DNA of 41,091 nucleotides from an uncultured Acidobacteriota bacterium. Its GTDB lineage: Bacteria; Acidobacteriota; Blastocatellia; Pyrinomonadales; Pyrinomonadaceae. Below, one piece after another: positions 9,153 through 18,391 of this stretch; positions within the stretch are counted from its first letter, which is position 1, and each line of letters begins with the position of its first letter. Position numbers and translations under genes: made by a program. Under the pieces are notes generated by a model, which was not told the DNA's origin, did no database searches, and was given only the letters and a program-made list of their open reading frames with translations. The stretch spans positions 1 through 41,091 of the forward strand of contig CALMEH010000500.1 of assembly GCA_937863115.1 (NCBI GenBank), given 5' to 3'.

Positions 9153-9515
9153 CTAATTTATTGATTTTTCTTTCATCCAATCGTCGCCCCAATCTCCCGT
9201 CCGGCACGTGTTCCAAATTTGCCATGTAATATCGCCGGTCTTTAAGAAACCGTTACTATGCACCCAACCTTTACCTGATTTGCCGGCTTCGATCATAAGC
9301 CCGGGAACAAACAGCGGTCCGAAATCTAGGTTCAGAATATTTATTCCGTCCTTCAGATGAGCCGCAGTTACCCCAAATGCCGAACAATCGCCCGAAGTGC
9401 TGGGTCCGAATGGTTTTGAACCGCTGAACCACGCATCGAAATACGTTCTCGAATAATAGATCGTAATAATGCACGAACTTTCATTTACGTCTTTTACAAG
9501 TATGTCTGCTTTCAT
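9153..9515 (-). CDS. Small cytoplasmic hypothetical protein (second gene of the operon)
   Basis: AAAGGAGAG RBS directly upstream of the ATG. 15-nt gap to the upstream gene. No signal peptide. Trp/Gly-rich C-terminus (GDITWQIWNTCRTGDWGDDW). Confidence 0.65.
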   Translation of the reverse strand: MKADILVKDVNESSCIITIYYSRTYFDAWFSGSKPFGPSTSGDCSAFGVTAAHLKDGINILNLDFGPLFVPGLMIEAGKSGKGWVHSNGFLKTGDITWQIWNTCRTGDWGDDWMKEKSIN

Positions 9516-9530
9516 ATCTCTCCTTTTTGT

Positions 9531-9998
9531 TTAGTAATAATTATTGACTTGCCAACTTGTCCAAACGCCCGACAAAAGCGCACCCATTGCGCCGACACCT
9601 GTTCCCCAACCGCTGGTTACTTGCTGGTTAAAAAGTTTCGTTGCCCAACCCGAAGAAATTCGCGTCGCGTAATAGCCGATTGCGCCCGCCGCGCCGATAG
9701 TTTCAAGAACACCGTAGGAATGATTCAAATCTTCCAACGAAAACGGACGCGAGCATTTTATATCGCTCCAGATTTCCGGCAGACGATTTTTTGCGACATC
9801 CGTCGGACTCGGCGCAGTTCCGCCGCCTAAACTTCCGCCTATGCCGAAACCGACAGAAAGAAAAGTAAAAATTGCCCGCGTATTTGCCGATTTGCTACGA
9901 AATTCAAAGCAATACAAACCTGCTCCGACACCCGCGACAAAACCGACTTGGGCAACACCGCACGCTTGCCAATCTACCGCTTCATCTTTGTAACCCAT
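9531..9998 (-). CDS. Glycine-zipper-rich hypothetical protein (first gene of the operon)
   Basis: Start set at MGYKDEAV, which is preceded by AAAGGAGA; the ORF-track start at 10115 has no RBS. Four Gly/Ala/small-residue hydrophobic segments: VAQVGFVAGVGAGLY, FLSVGFGIGGSLGGG, IGAAGAIGYYA, GWGTGVGAMGALLSGVW. Confidence 0.6.
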   Translation of the reverse strand: MGYKDEAVDWQACGVAQVGFVAGVGAGLYCFEFRSKSANTRAIFTFLSVGFGIGGSLGGGTAPSPTDVAKNRLPEIWSDIKCSRPFSLEDLNHSYGVLETIGAAGAIGYYATRISSGWATKLFNQQVTSGWGTGVGAMGALLSGVWTSWQVNNYY

Positions 9999-10141
9999 AA
10001 TTTTTTTATCTCCTTTGCTTCCAAATTCAGAGTTTTCAAATACTCTTGCTAAACTAGAGCGCAATTTGAATAAAAACCGTCTCAAAAAAAATGTAATTTT
10101 TTTTCGCCGCTTCAATTTTTAAGTTATAATGATTTGTAAAA

Positions 10142-10717
10142 ATGAGCGGAACAGAACCGAAAACACGCGAGATTACGCAGATTTTGCACGAATGGAGCGA
10201 AGGAAAACGTGAAGCCTTCGATAAACTGATGCCGCTCGTTTATGACGAATTGCATCGGCAAGCGGCGCGTTATCTGCGACGCGAACGCGCTAATCATACA
10301 TTGCAAACGACGGCTTTAATCAACGAAGCGTATCTGAAATTGATTGACCAAAAAGAAATCGCGTGGGAAAGCCGGACGCATTTTTTTGCGCTTGCCGCAA
10401 ATGCAATGCGGCAGATTTTGGTTGATTATGCCCGTAAAAAATATAGTCAAAAACGCGGCGGCGAACTGGAAAAACTTCAGTTGGACGAATCTTTGACCGT
10501 CGCGGCTGATGAAAAAACCGTTGATTTGATTGCACTCGACGAAGTCCTGACAAAACTCGAAGAAATTGATGAACAACAAGCAAAGGTTGTCGAACTGCGT
10601 TATTTTAGCGGTTTGAGTTTGGAAGAAACTGCCGAAGCGTTGCACATTTCGCGCTCAACCGCCGCCCGCGAATGGGCAATGGCGCGAGCGTGGCTTCACC
10701 GCGAACTGACAAGATAA
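10142..10717 (+). CDS. ECF sigma factor of the kinase-associated type (resembles the TIGR02999 / ECF43-like class, from memory)
   Basis: N-terminus ITQILHEWSEGKREAFDKLMPLVYDELHRQAARYLRRERANHTLQTTALINEAYLKL is the signature opening of this class. Region 4: VVELRYFSGLSLEETAEALHISRSTAAREWAMARAWL. The stop lies 1 nt before the kinase ATG. Confidence 0.85.
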   Translation: MSGTEPKTREITQILHEWSEGKREAFDKLMPLVYDELHRQAARYLRRERANHTLQTTALINEAYLKLIDQKEIAWESRTHFFALAANAMRQILVDYARKKYSQKRGGELEKLQLDESLTVAADEKTVDLIALDEVLTKLEEIDEQQAKVVELRYFSGLSLEETAEALHISRSTAAREWAMARAWLHRELTR

Positions 10718-10718
10718 A

Positions 10719-13700
10719 ATGCCGAACACGGAAAGACAAAAATTAAAAGATATTTTCGATGTCGCTTTGCAGAAAGAGCGTGATGAGCGGTCGGCTTTTC
10801 TCAATGAAAATTGCGGCGGCGATGAAACTTTGCGGGCAGAAATCGAATCACTTTTGTCATCTTACGACAATGCCGGAAATTTTATGCAAAATGCGGCGAT
10901 TGCCGAAGTTGCGGACGCAATTATCGAAAATAAATCAGACAGAAATTTCGGACATTATGAAATCATCAAACAAATCGGCGTGGGCGGAATGGGCGAAGTG
11001 TATTTGGCACAAGATAGAAAACTCGACCGTCCCGTCGCGCTTAAAATTCTCAATCAGAAATTTGACGAACACGAAATAAACCGCCGCCGCTTCATTCAAG
11101 AAGCAAAAGCCGTGTCCGCGCTAAATCATCCGAATATTATGGTTATTCACGAAATCGGTGAAACGGATGAAACGCTTTTTATTGTCAGTGAATACATCGA
11201 AGGCAAAACTCTGCGCGAAGTTTTTGCTGATTCATCGTTAAGTTTGAGTGAGATTTTAACTATTTCGATGCAAATTGCCAACGCTCTAACCGCCGCACAT
11301 TCAGCAAATATCGTTCACCGCGACATCAAACCCGAAAATATTATGGTCAGACCCGACGGTTTTGTGAAAATTCTCGATTTCGGTTTGGCAAAACTCATTA
11401 AACAAGAAAACTCCTTCAGCGATTCGGCAGACGAAATTTCCGCCAAAAACCAAACCGCAAAAGGAATTATTTTAGGAACAGTGAACTATATGTCGCCCGA
11501 ACAGGCAAAAAGCGAAAAGATTGACGAACGCACCGATATTTTTAGTTTCGGCATATTAATTTATGAAATGCTTTCGGGAAAAACACCTTTCGGATGTGAA
11601 ACGGTTTCGGAAACGTGGACAAAACTTCTGCATCTCGAACCTGAACCTCTCGCCTCGGAAATTCCCGTCGAACTGCAAAAAATAATTACCAAAACTTTGC
11701 AAAAAAATAAAGACGAGCGTTATCAAAAAATGAATAATTTGCTGGCAGATTTGCAAACCTTCAAAAAGCGTCTCGAATTTGAAATCGAACTCGAACGCAG
11801 TTCTGCGCCGAATAAACCGCTTGCCGAAACCGTGGCTTTTGAGCTAAATCCGACTACGGAAATTTTGTCTGTTCCGTTAAATAATCTCACCGAAAATTTT
11901 TCTTCGATCATCGGACGCGAAAAGGAAATTGCCGAAATTCAAGAAATTTTGCGCCTCGCAAATGTGCGGCTTCTGACGTTGACGGGCATCGGCGGAACGG
12001 GCAAAACTACGCTTGCTAAATCAATCGCCGCGAAAATGTTGGCAGATTTTAAAGATGGCGTTTTTTTTATCAAATTTGCCGCTGTTACCAATCCCGAATT
12101 AGTTGCTTCGACCATTGCCCAAACACTCGGTCTGAGCGAAGCGGGCGGCAAACCGATTTTCGAGATTTTGAAAGATTTCTTATGCGAACGGCAAATTTTA
12201 TTAGTCATAGACAATTTCGAGCAAATAACCCAAGCCGCGCCAACAATCGCCGAAATCATTTCCACTAGCAAAAAATTAAAAATTATTATCACCAGTCGTG
12301 TTCTTTTGCATCTTAGTTTTGAGCGTGAATTCATCGTTCCGCCGCTGATCGTGCCGAGAAATTTCTCGGAAATTGCGCCGGAAAATTTACTCGAATATGA
12401 AGCGGTAAAATTGTTTGTCGAGCGGGCGAAACAGGCAACACCGAATTTTGCTTTAACTAAGGAAACTTCGTCTTCCGTGGCGGAAATTTGCTTGCGGCTC
12501 GATGGTTTGCCGTTGGCGATCGAGCTTGCGGCGGCACGAATAAAAATTCTGTCGCCGTCCGCCATTCTTGCCAAATTAGAAAACCGTTTGAAACTTCTGA
12601 CCGGCGGAGCGCGTGACTTGCCCGCGCATCAGCAGACAATGCGCGGCACGATCGAATGGAGTTACAAACTGCTCGATGAAAATGAAAAATGTCTTTTTCG
12701 TCGTTTGGCAATTTTTGCTGGCGGATTTACGTTTGAAGCCGTAGAATTTGTCGTCAACGGCGAAACGGCGCAAACAATAGATGTTCTCGATTGCCTTACT
12801 TCTTTGATTGAACAAAGTTTGCTTTCATCAAAAGAAGAAAACGGCACGATTCGCTTTCGAATGCTCGAAGTCGTGCGCGAATACGCCAACGAAATTTTAA
12901 TCGAAAGTGGCGAAGTGCAAATGCAGAGGCAAAATCACGCCGAATATTTTTTAATGTTGGCGCAAGAAGCCGAACCTTTTCTGCAAGCCACGCAAACAGC
13001 GGTTTGGCTTGATCGTCTGGAAGAAGAACTTGATAATGTGCGGACTTCGCTTGAATGGTTCTTAGAAAATGATTATGAAAAAGCGGCAAATTTGGCGGCG
13101 GCGATCCGAAGTTTTTGGGTTGTGCGCGGGCATCTGACCGAAGGACGCAGATGGCTCGAAACCGTGCAGGCAAAAGTCAGCAACGAAATTTCTCCGGCAA
13201 TTCGTTTTAAACTGATTGTTGCTTTGGCGTGGTTGGCGCGTTCACAAGGCGATTATGAAACGGCGCGAAAAGCCTATCTCGTAGGTTTAACCGAGAGCGA
13301 AAAAGACGGCGATAAACCGCAAATCGCACTTTTTAACAGAGGTTTGGGCGTTGTCGCTTTTGAACAAAACGATTTCGTTTTGGCGCGAAAATTTTTTGAA
13401 GATGGTTTAGCAATCAGCCGTGAAATAAATGACAAAACAACAATTTCCGGTTTGCTTAATTCACTCGGAGATTTGGCGCGGACGGAAAGCAAAATTGCCG
13501 AGGCGCGGGTGCTTTACGAAGAATCTTTGGCGATTTATGTCGAACTCGGCAATCAGCAAGCCGTTAACGGCAGTTATATTAATCTCGGCGCAATCGCATA
13601 TCGAGAAAATGATTATGAAACGGCGCATTCATATTTTTCCGAAGCCTTAAAAGTGTCTCAGGAATTAAGACACGGAATTCATCTTTCATACTCTTTAGAC

Positions 13701-13943
13701 GGCTTTGCCGCGCTCGCAGGAAAACGCGGCGATTGGTTTCATGCGGCTTGTCTGGCAGGCGCGGCGGAAAATTTGCGCGAAACAATCGGTTTTGAAAGAG
13801 AACCGGCTGAACGGCAGTTTCGTAATGATTATATTTCGGAGTTGAACAACGCGATAAGTGAAAAAGAACTCAAAATTGCTATGGAAAAAGGAAGGAAGTT
13901 AAAGACGGAAGAAATATTTGAATTTATTGATATGTGTCGCTAA
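10719..13943 (+). CDS. Ser/Thr protein kinase fused to a STAND (NB-ARC/AAA-type) NTPase and TPR repeats
   Basis: Hanks kinase motifs: GVGGMGEVY, VALKIL, HRDIKPENIM, DFGLAK, MSPEQ. Walker A LTGIGGTGKTTLA and Walker B LLVIDNFEQ. The C-terminal approx. 350 aa are TPR-like (repeated A..Y.E.L.I....G). Confidence 0.9.
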   Translation: MPNTERQKLKDIFDVALQKERDERSAFLNENCGGDETLRAEIESLLSSYDNAGNFMQNAAIAEVADAIIENKSDRNFGHYEIIKQIGVGGMGEVYLAQDRKLDRPVALKILNQKFDEHEINRRRFIQEAKAVSALNHPNIMVIHEIGETDETLFIVSEYIEGKTLREVFADSSLSLSEILTISMQIANALTAAHSANIVHRDIKPENIMVRPDGFVKILDFGLAKLIKQENSFSDSADEISAKNQTAKGIILGTVNYMSPEQAKSEKIDERTDIFSFGILIYEMLSGKTPFGCETVSETWTKLLHLEPEPLASEIPVELQKIITKTLQKNKDERYQKMNNLLADLQTFKKRLEFEIELERSSAPNKPLAETVAFELNPTTEILSVPLNNLTENFSSIIGREKEIAEIQEILRLANVRLLTLTGIGGTGKTTLAKSIAAKMLADFKDGVFFIKFAAVTNPELVASTIAQTLGLSEAGGKPIFEILKDFLCERQILLVIDNFEQITQAAPTIAEIISTSKKLKIIITSRVLLHLSFEREFIVPPLIVPRNFSEIAPENLLEYEAVKLFVERAKQATPNFALTKETSSSVAEICLRLDGLPLAIELAAARIKILSPSAILAKLENRLKLLTGGARDLPAHQQTMRGTIEWSYKLLDENEKCLFRRLAIFAGGFTFEAVEFVVNGETAQTIDVLDCLTSLIEQSLLSSKEENGTIRFRMLEVVREYANEILIESGEVQMQRQNHAEYFLMLAQEAEPFLQATQTAVWLDRLEEELDNVRTSLEWFLENDYEKAANLAAAIRSFWVVRGHLTEGRRWLETVQAKVSNEISPAIRFKLIVALAWLARSQGDYETARKAYLVGLTESEKDGDKPQIALFNRGLGVVAFEQNDFVLARKFFEDGLAISREINDKTTISGLLNSLGDLARTESKIAEARVLYEESLAIYVELGNQQAVNGSYINLGAIAYRENDYETAHSYFSEALKVSQELRHGIHLSYSLDGFAALAGKRGDWFHAACLAGAAENLRETIGFEREPAERQFRNDYISELNNAISEKELKIAMEKGRKLKTEEIFEFIDMCR

Positions 13944-14012
13944 GAAACAATCTAATCCGCTTTGAAACTTGAACAGACTGTTCTAGTATTAAATTCGGCA
14001 AGTAGTTTGATT

Positions 14013-14708
14013 ATGTTCGATTTTCAGAAAAAAAAGCAATACGATTTCGGCTTTATCGCGGCGGATGATGACCGCGATATTGAAGTCGTGCGCCTCAAAA
14101 AAGAATCGCGGCAGGGAATTTGGGCGGAAAGTTTAAAGCTCGTGCGCGATATTATTTTAATTATTGCGGTCTTTGTTCTTTTGGGCGTTTTTGTCGCGCA
14201 ACCTGTGGTTGTCGAAGGAACTTCGATGCTTCCGGTTTTGCACGACGGCGAACGTCTTTTGGTTAATAAATTGGTTTATTACAAATTCAAAGGCGTAAAA
14301 TGGGGACACATCGAGCGCGGCGATATTATCGTTTTTTGGTATCCGAAAGAGCCGGATAAATCTTATGTCAAGCGCGTTATCGGAATGCCGGGCGAAACCG
14401 TCGAAGTTCGCAACGGTAAGATTTTAATCAATGGCACGGAATTAAACGAGCCTTATTTAGACAAGGAACATAATCAAAATCTGCCGAGTTTTCCGCCGCG
14501 CAAGGTTGATGAACATTATTTTTTCGTAATGGGCGACAACCGCGATAATTCGTCGGATTCGCGCTATTGGGGCTTGGTGCCGGAAAAATATGTTTATGGC
14601 AAAGCGTTTTTCCGCTATTGGAAACCGCAAGATGCCGGTTTTCTCGACCACGGCGATTACAATATCGAACCACCGAAGGATATTGCAGAAGAGGAGAAAG
14701 AAAGATAA
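14013..14708 (+). CDS. lepB: Signal peptidase I
   Basis: Catalytic Ser box EGTSMLPVL. Lys box [35 protein letters not shown] box. One N-terminal TM helix. Start set at ATG 14013 rather than the upstream TTG. Confidence 0.9.
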   Translation: MFDFQKKKQYDFGFIAADDDRDIEVVRLKKESRQGIWAESLKLVRDIILIIAVFVLLGVFVAQPVVVEGTSMLPVLHDGERLLVNKLVYYKFKGVKWGHIERGDIIVFWYPKEPDKSYVKRVIGMPGETVEVRNGKILINGTELNEPYLDKEHNQNLPSFPPRKVDEHYFFVMGDNRDNSSDSRYWGLVPEKYVYGKAFFRYWKPQDAGFLDHGDYNIEPPKDIAEEEKER

Positions 14709-14755
14709 AGAGAAGAGGAGAAAAGGCTAAAAATCTCCTCTTCTTCTCTTCTTCT
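14709..14755 (+). terminator. Terminator after lepB
   Basis: gaagaggag (14712-14720) pairs with ctcctcttc (14735-14743), followed by a pyrimidine/T-rich tail. Confidence 0.55.
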
Positions 14756-14764
14756 AAAAACATT

Positions 14765-15862
14765 ATGAATCTTTCAAAGAAGGCAATTCTTGTTCTCGAA
14801 GACGGACGCACGTTTCGCGGCGAATCGTTCGGCGCGGAAGGCGAATGTTTCGGCGAAATGGTTTTTAATACTTCGATGTCGGGTTATCAAGAGATTTTGA
14901 CCGATCCGAGTTACGCCGGACAGATTGTTTGTATGACGTATCCTTTAATCGGGAATTACGGTGTGAATGAAGAAGATGTTGAATCTCGCCGTCCGTGGGT
15001 TGAAGGTTTTGTTGTCCGCGAAGCAAGCCGAATTGCTTCAAATTGGCGTTCGACAGAAACGCTCGATTCTTATCTGAAACGCCATAAAATCGTCGGTATT
15101 GAGCGTATTGACACTCGCGCACTCGTGCGCCACATTCGGAGCAAAGGCGCGATGCGAGCGGCAATTTCAAGCGTAGATTTAGACGAAAAAAGCCTTCTGG
15201 AAAAAGTTCTCAATTCACCCGAAATGCAAAACCGCGAACTTGCCAGCGCGGTTACGATCGATAAAGGTTTCGATTATCCGGCGGTAAATGAACAAAAATT
15301 TCACGTCGTTGCCTATGATTTCGGCGTGAAAACCAATTCCCTGCGCGAATTTGCAAAATTCGGCTGTAGAATTACGGTTGTTCCGGCAGAAACTTCCGCT
15401 GAAGATGTTTTGAAAATAAAGCCCGACGGCATTTTTCTCTCAAACGGTCCCGGCGATCCGTCTTCGATGAAATCAGTTGTCGCCGAAATTCAAAAACTTA
15501 CGGAATCAAACGTGCCGATGTTCGGAATTTGTCTCGGACACCAAATTTTAGGACAAGTTTTCGGCGGCGAAACTTACAAATTAAAATTCGGACATCGCGG
15601 CGGCAATCAGCCGATTATGGATTTGACAACGCGCAAAGTAGAAATCACCGCGCACAATCACGGTTTTGCTGTTGATGCGGAAAGTTTGCCCGAAACGGTT
15701 GAAATTACGCACGTCAATCTCAATGATCAAACAGTTGCAGGTTTGCGCCACAAAACTTTACCGATTTTCAGCGTCCAATATCACCCCGAATCCGCGCCCG
15801 GTCCGCACGATTCCGAATATCTTTTCGAGCGGTTTATTGAATTGATGGAGAACAAAAACTAA
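14765..15862 (+). CDS. carA: Carbamoyl-phosphate synthase small (glutaminase) subunit
   Basis: N-terminus [49 protein letters not shown]. GATase catalytic Cys box [12 protein letters not shown] and YHPES boxes. The ORF-track extension to 14567 overlaps lepB and was discarded. Confidence 0.92.
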   Translation: MNLSKKAILVLEDGRTFRGESFGAEGECFGEMVFNTSMSGYQEILTDPSYAGQIVCMTYPLIGNYGVNEEDVESRRPWVEGFVVREASRIASNWRSTETLDSYLKRHKIVGIERIDTRALVRHIRSKGAMRAAISSVDLDEKSLLEKVLNSPEMQNRELASAVTIDKGFDYPAVNEQKFHVVAYDFGVKTNSLREFAKFGCRITVVPAETSAEDVLKIKPDGIFLSNGPGDPSSMKSVVAEIQKLTESNVPMFGICLGHQILGQVFGGETYKLKFGHRGGNQPIMDLTTRKVEITAHNHGFAVDAESLPETVEITHVNLNDQTVAGLRHKTLPIFSVQYHPESAPGPHDSEYLFERFIELMENKN

Positions 15863-16028
15863 AAAAATTCTATAAAACACAAAAAATCTGTGTTTTTATG
15901 ACTGATTTGCATTGTTGATTTGAAAGTTTGCCACTAAATCGGCAATAATTACCCTTTTGCTTAAGTCGTGCTTATTTTCATTAGCCGAAACAGAGCTTCA
16001 TAATTTTAACAATTAAAAATTTAACAAA

Positions 16029-18239
16029 ATGGAATCTACAATTCTTTATCTAATTCCCGCATTAGGGATTTTCGGGTTGGTCGTAATGGCGTTTAAGTCG
16101 GCGTGGGTCAGCAAACAGCCTGCCGGCGATGCCAATATGGTTGAACTTGCATCGTATATTGCCGAAGGCGCGATGGCGTTTTTAAAAGCCGAGTGGAAAA
16201 TTTTAGGAATTTTTGCGGTTGTCGCGGCGGCTCTTTTAGCTTGGTCTGGAACTTTGGTTGAAACATCTTCGCCAGTGATTGCCGTTTCATTTCTGATCGG
16301 CGCGGTTTTCAGCGCAACAGCTGGATATTTCGGGATGAACATTGCCACGAAAGCCAATGTCAGAACGACGCAAGCCGCGAGAACGAGTTTGAAAGACGCG
16401 CTGAAAGTTGCTTTTACGGGCGGAACGGTGATGGGACTCGGCGTTGCCGGACTTGCGGTTTTGGGCTTGGGTTCGCTTTTTTTAATTTTCTATAAAATCT
16501 ATGTCGAGAGCGTCGTCGGAGCTTCGGTTAACGGCGTTCAGATGGAAAAGGCGATTGAAGTTTTGGCAGGTTTTTCGCTCGGTGCGGAATCAATCGCGCT
16601 GTTTGCGCGTGTCGGCGGCGGAATTTATACGAAAGCGGCGGACGTTGGCGCGGATTTGGTTGGCAAAGTCGAAGCGGGAATTCCCGAAGACGATGCACGA
16701 AATCCGGCGACGATTGCCGATAACGTCGGCGATAACGTCGGCGACGTTGCGGGAATGGGCGCAGACCTTTTCGGCTCTTACGTTGCAACGATTTTGGCAA
16801 CAATGGTTTTGGGGCGCGAACTTGTCGCAAAAGACAATTTCGGCGGACTTTCGCCTATTTTATTGCCGATGCTTATTGCCGGACTCGGAATTATTTTCTC
16901 AATTATCGGTTTCGCTCTGGTCAGAATTTCCGACGATAAAGGCAATGTCCAAAAAGCTCTAAATCTCGGCAACTGGGCTTCGATTATTATTACAACGATT
17001 GCTTCTTATTTTATCGTGATGTGGATGATGCCGGAGAAAATGGAGTTTTTGAGAGTAGATGTTTTGGGAAATAAACCGATTATTACGAACACGGGCGTTT
17101 TCTTGGCAATTTTGGTCGGCTCGATTGTCGGCGCATTGATGAGCATCGTTACCGAATATTATACTTCGATGGGCAAACGCCCCGTGATGTCAATCGTGCG
17201 GCAATCCGACACGGGCGCGGCGACAAACATCATCGGCGGCTTGAGCGTCGGAATGGAATCAACGCTTGTGCCGACACTTATTCTGGCATCGGGAATTTAT
17301 TTTTCTTTCCATTTCGCCGGACTTTACGGCGTAGCAATCGCCGCCGCCGGAATGATGGCGACAACCGCGATGCAATTAGCGATTGACGCTTTCGGACCGA
17401 TTGCCGACAACGCGGGCGGTATTGCCGAAATGAGCGAATTGCCGAAAGAAGTTCGTCAAAGAACCGACATTTTGGATGCCGTCGGCAACACGACAGCCGC
17501 GACCGGCAAAGGTTTTGCAATTGCTTCCGCCGCGCTCACGGCTCTTGCGTTATTTGCGGCTTTCGTTGGTCTGGCGGGAATTAAATCCATTGATATTTAC
17601 AAAGCAAACGTGCTTGCCGGATTGTTTGTCGGCGGAATGATTCCGTTTATTTTTTCTTCGTTGGCGATTGCCGCCGTTGGCAGAGCGGCAATGGCAATGG
17701 TGCAGGAAGTTCGGCGGCAATTTAGAGAAATTCCGGGCATTATGGAACGCACAGCGAAACCGGAATACGATAAATGCGTTGCTATTTCGACACAAGCCAG
17801 CTTAAGAGAAATGATGCTTCCGGGCGCGATTGCTTTGATTACGCCGATTATTGTCGGATTCGCCTTCGGACCCGAAGTTCTCGGTGGATTGCTCGCCGGC
17901 GTAACCGTTTCCGGCGTTTTGATGGGAATGTTCCAAAACAACGCGGGCGGCGCGTGGGACAACGCCAAAAAATCGTTTGAAGCAGGTGTCGAAATCAACG
18001 GCAAAATGGAATACAAAGGCTCTGAAGCGCACAAAGCGAGCGTTACCGGCGACACCGTCGGCGATCCGTTCAAAGATACTTCAGGACCTTCGATGAATAT
18101 TTTGATTAAATTGATGAGCATCGTTGCCTTGATCATTGCTCCGCATATTGCGGTCAACAAAGTTCCGCACAAAGCGGAATTAACACCGAATGTTACAATC
18201 GAACAAACATTTTTAGCTTATGAGAACAAGGAGCGGTAG
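16029..18239 (+). CDS. hppA: Membrane-bound pyrophosphate-energised cation pump (K+-dependent-type signature)
   Basis: Motifs [53 protein letters not shown] and GGAWDNAKK; many TM helices. Ala (not Lys) in GNTTAA is the published marker of K+-dependent enzymes. Confidence 0.95.
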   Translation: MESTILYLIPALGIFGLVVMAFKSAWVSKQPAGDANMVELASYIAEGAMAFLKAEWKILGIFAVVAAALLAWSGTLVETSSPVIAVSFLIGAVFSATAGYFGMNIATKANVRTTQAARTSLKDALKVAFTGGTVMGLGVAGLAVLGLGSLFLIFYKIYVESVVGASVNGVQMEKAIEVLAGFSLGAESIALFARVGGGIYTKAADVGADLVGKVEAGIPEDDARNPATIADNVGDNVGDVAGMGADLFGSYVATILATMVLGRELVAKDNFGGLSPILLPMLIAGLGIIFSIIGFALVRISDDKGNVQKALNLGNWASIIITTIASYFIVMWMMPEKMEFLRVDVLGNKPIITNTGVFLAILVGSIVGALMSIVTEYYTSMGKRPVMSIVRQSDTGAATNIIGGLSVGMESTLVPTLILASGIYFSFHFAGLYGVAIAAAGMMATTAMQLAIDAFGPIADNAGGIAEMSELPKEVRQRTDILDAVGNTTAATGKGFAIASAALTALALFAAFVGLAGIKSIDIYKANVLAGLFVGGMIPFIFSSLAIAAVGRAAMAMVQEVRRQFREIPGIMERTAKPEYDKCVAISTQASLREMMLPGAIALITPIIVGFAFGPEVLGGLLAGVTVSGVLMGMFQNNAGGAWDNAKKSFEAGVEINGKMEYKGSEAHKASVTGDTVGDPFKDTSGPSMNILIKLMSIVALIIAPHIAVNKVPHKAELTPNVTIEQTFLAYENKER

Positions 18240-18324
18240 CGACTTGGCACGTTATTAGCTTATGAGAACAAGGAGCAGTAGCGACTTGGCAAACGTGCCA
18301 AGTCGCTACTGCTCCTTGTTCTCA
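18213..18324 (+). repeat. Triple repeat spanning the hppA stop: two direct 37-nt copies plus one inverted 29-nt copy (29-bp perfect hairpin)
   Basis: Copy 1, 18213-18249: ttagcttatgagaacaaggagcGgtagcgacttggca (contains the stop TAG 18237-18239). Copy 2, 18255-18291, is identical except G to A. The inverted copy tgccaagtcgctactgctccttgttctca (18296-18324) pairs with 18263-18291 across an aacg loop. Confidence 0.85.
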
Positions 18325-18391
18325 TTGAAACTATCCGTTAAACTGTTGCGTAAATTCAGTTCCTAAGTTTTTATCAAAAGGATAGTTCAAT

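Noticed and set aside
10102-10130. TATAAT box (10125-10130) as the promoter of the ECF sigma gene
   Set aside because: The -35 region is poor (tttcgc). The resulting transcript would have almost no leader or RBS. Not reported as a feature.
11939-12574. 211-aa minus-strand ORF inside the kinase-STAND gene
   Set aside because: It is antisense to the Walker A/B region of a clearly coding frame and has no motifs.
10719-13943. Kinase-STAND-TPR protein as an Avs-like or other STAND antiphage defence gene
   Set aside because: There is no nuclease, TIR, protease or other typical effector domain. It is translationally coupled to an ECF sigma factor and surrounded by housekeeping genes. A signalling role is more parsimonious, though defence cannot be excluded from sequence alone.
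14567-14764. N-terminal extension of carA (ORF-track start at 14567) and the upstream TTG start of lepB (13962)
   Set aside because: The carA extension overlaps the lepB coding sequence and the terminator and is Arg-rich. Canonical CarA begins at [14 protein letters not shown]. The lepB ATG at 14013 precedes the cytoplasmic/TM segment as expected.
17597-18172. 191-aa minus-strand ORF, plus 16501-16962 on plus, inside hppA
   Set aside because: Shadow ORFs within a highly conserved membrane pump gene.
18327-18391. aactatcc (about 18331) pairing with ggatagtt (about 18381) to sequester the RBS of the BNR gene
   Set aside because: It is only an 8-bp AT-rich pairing across a 45-nt loop, too weak to call without folding or conservation data.
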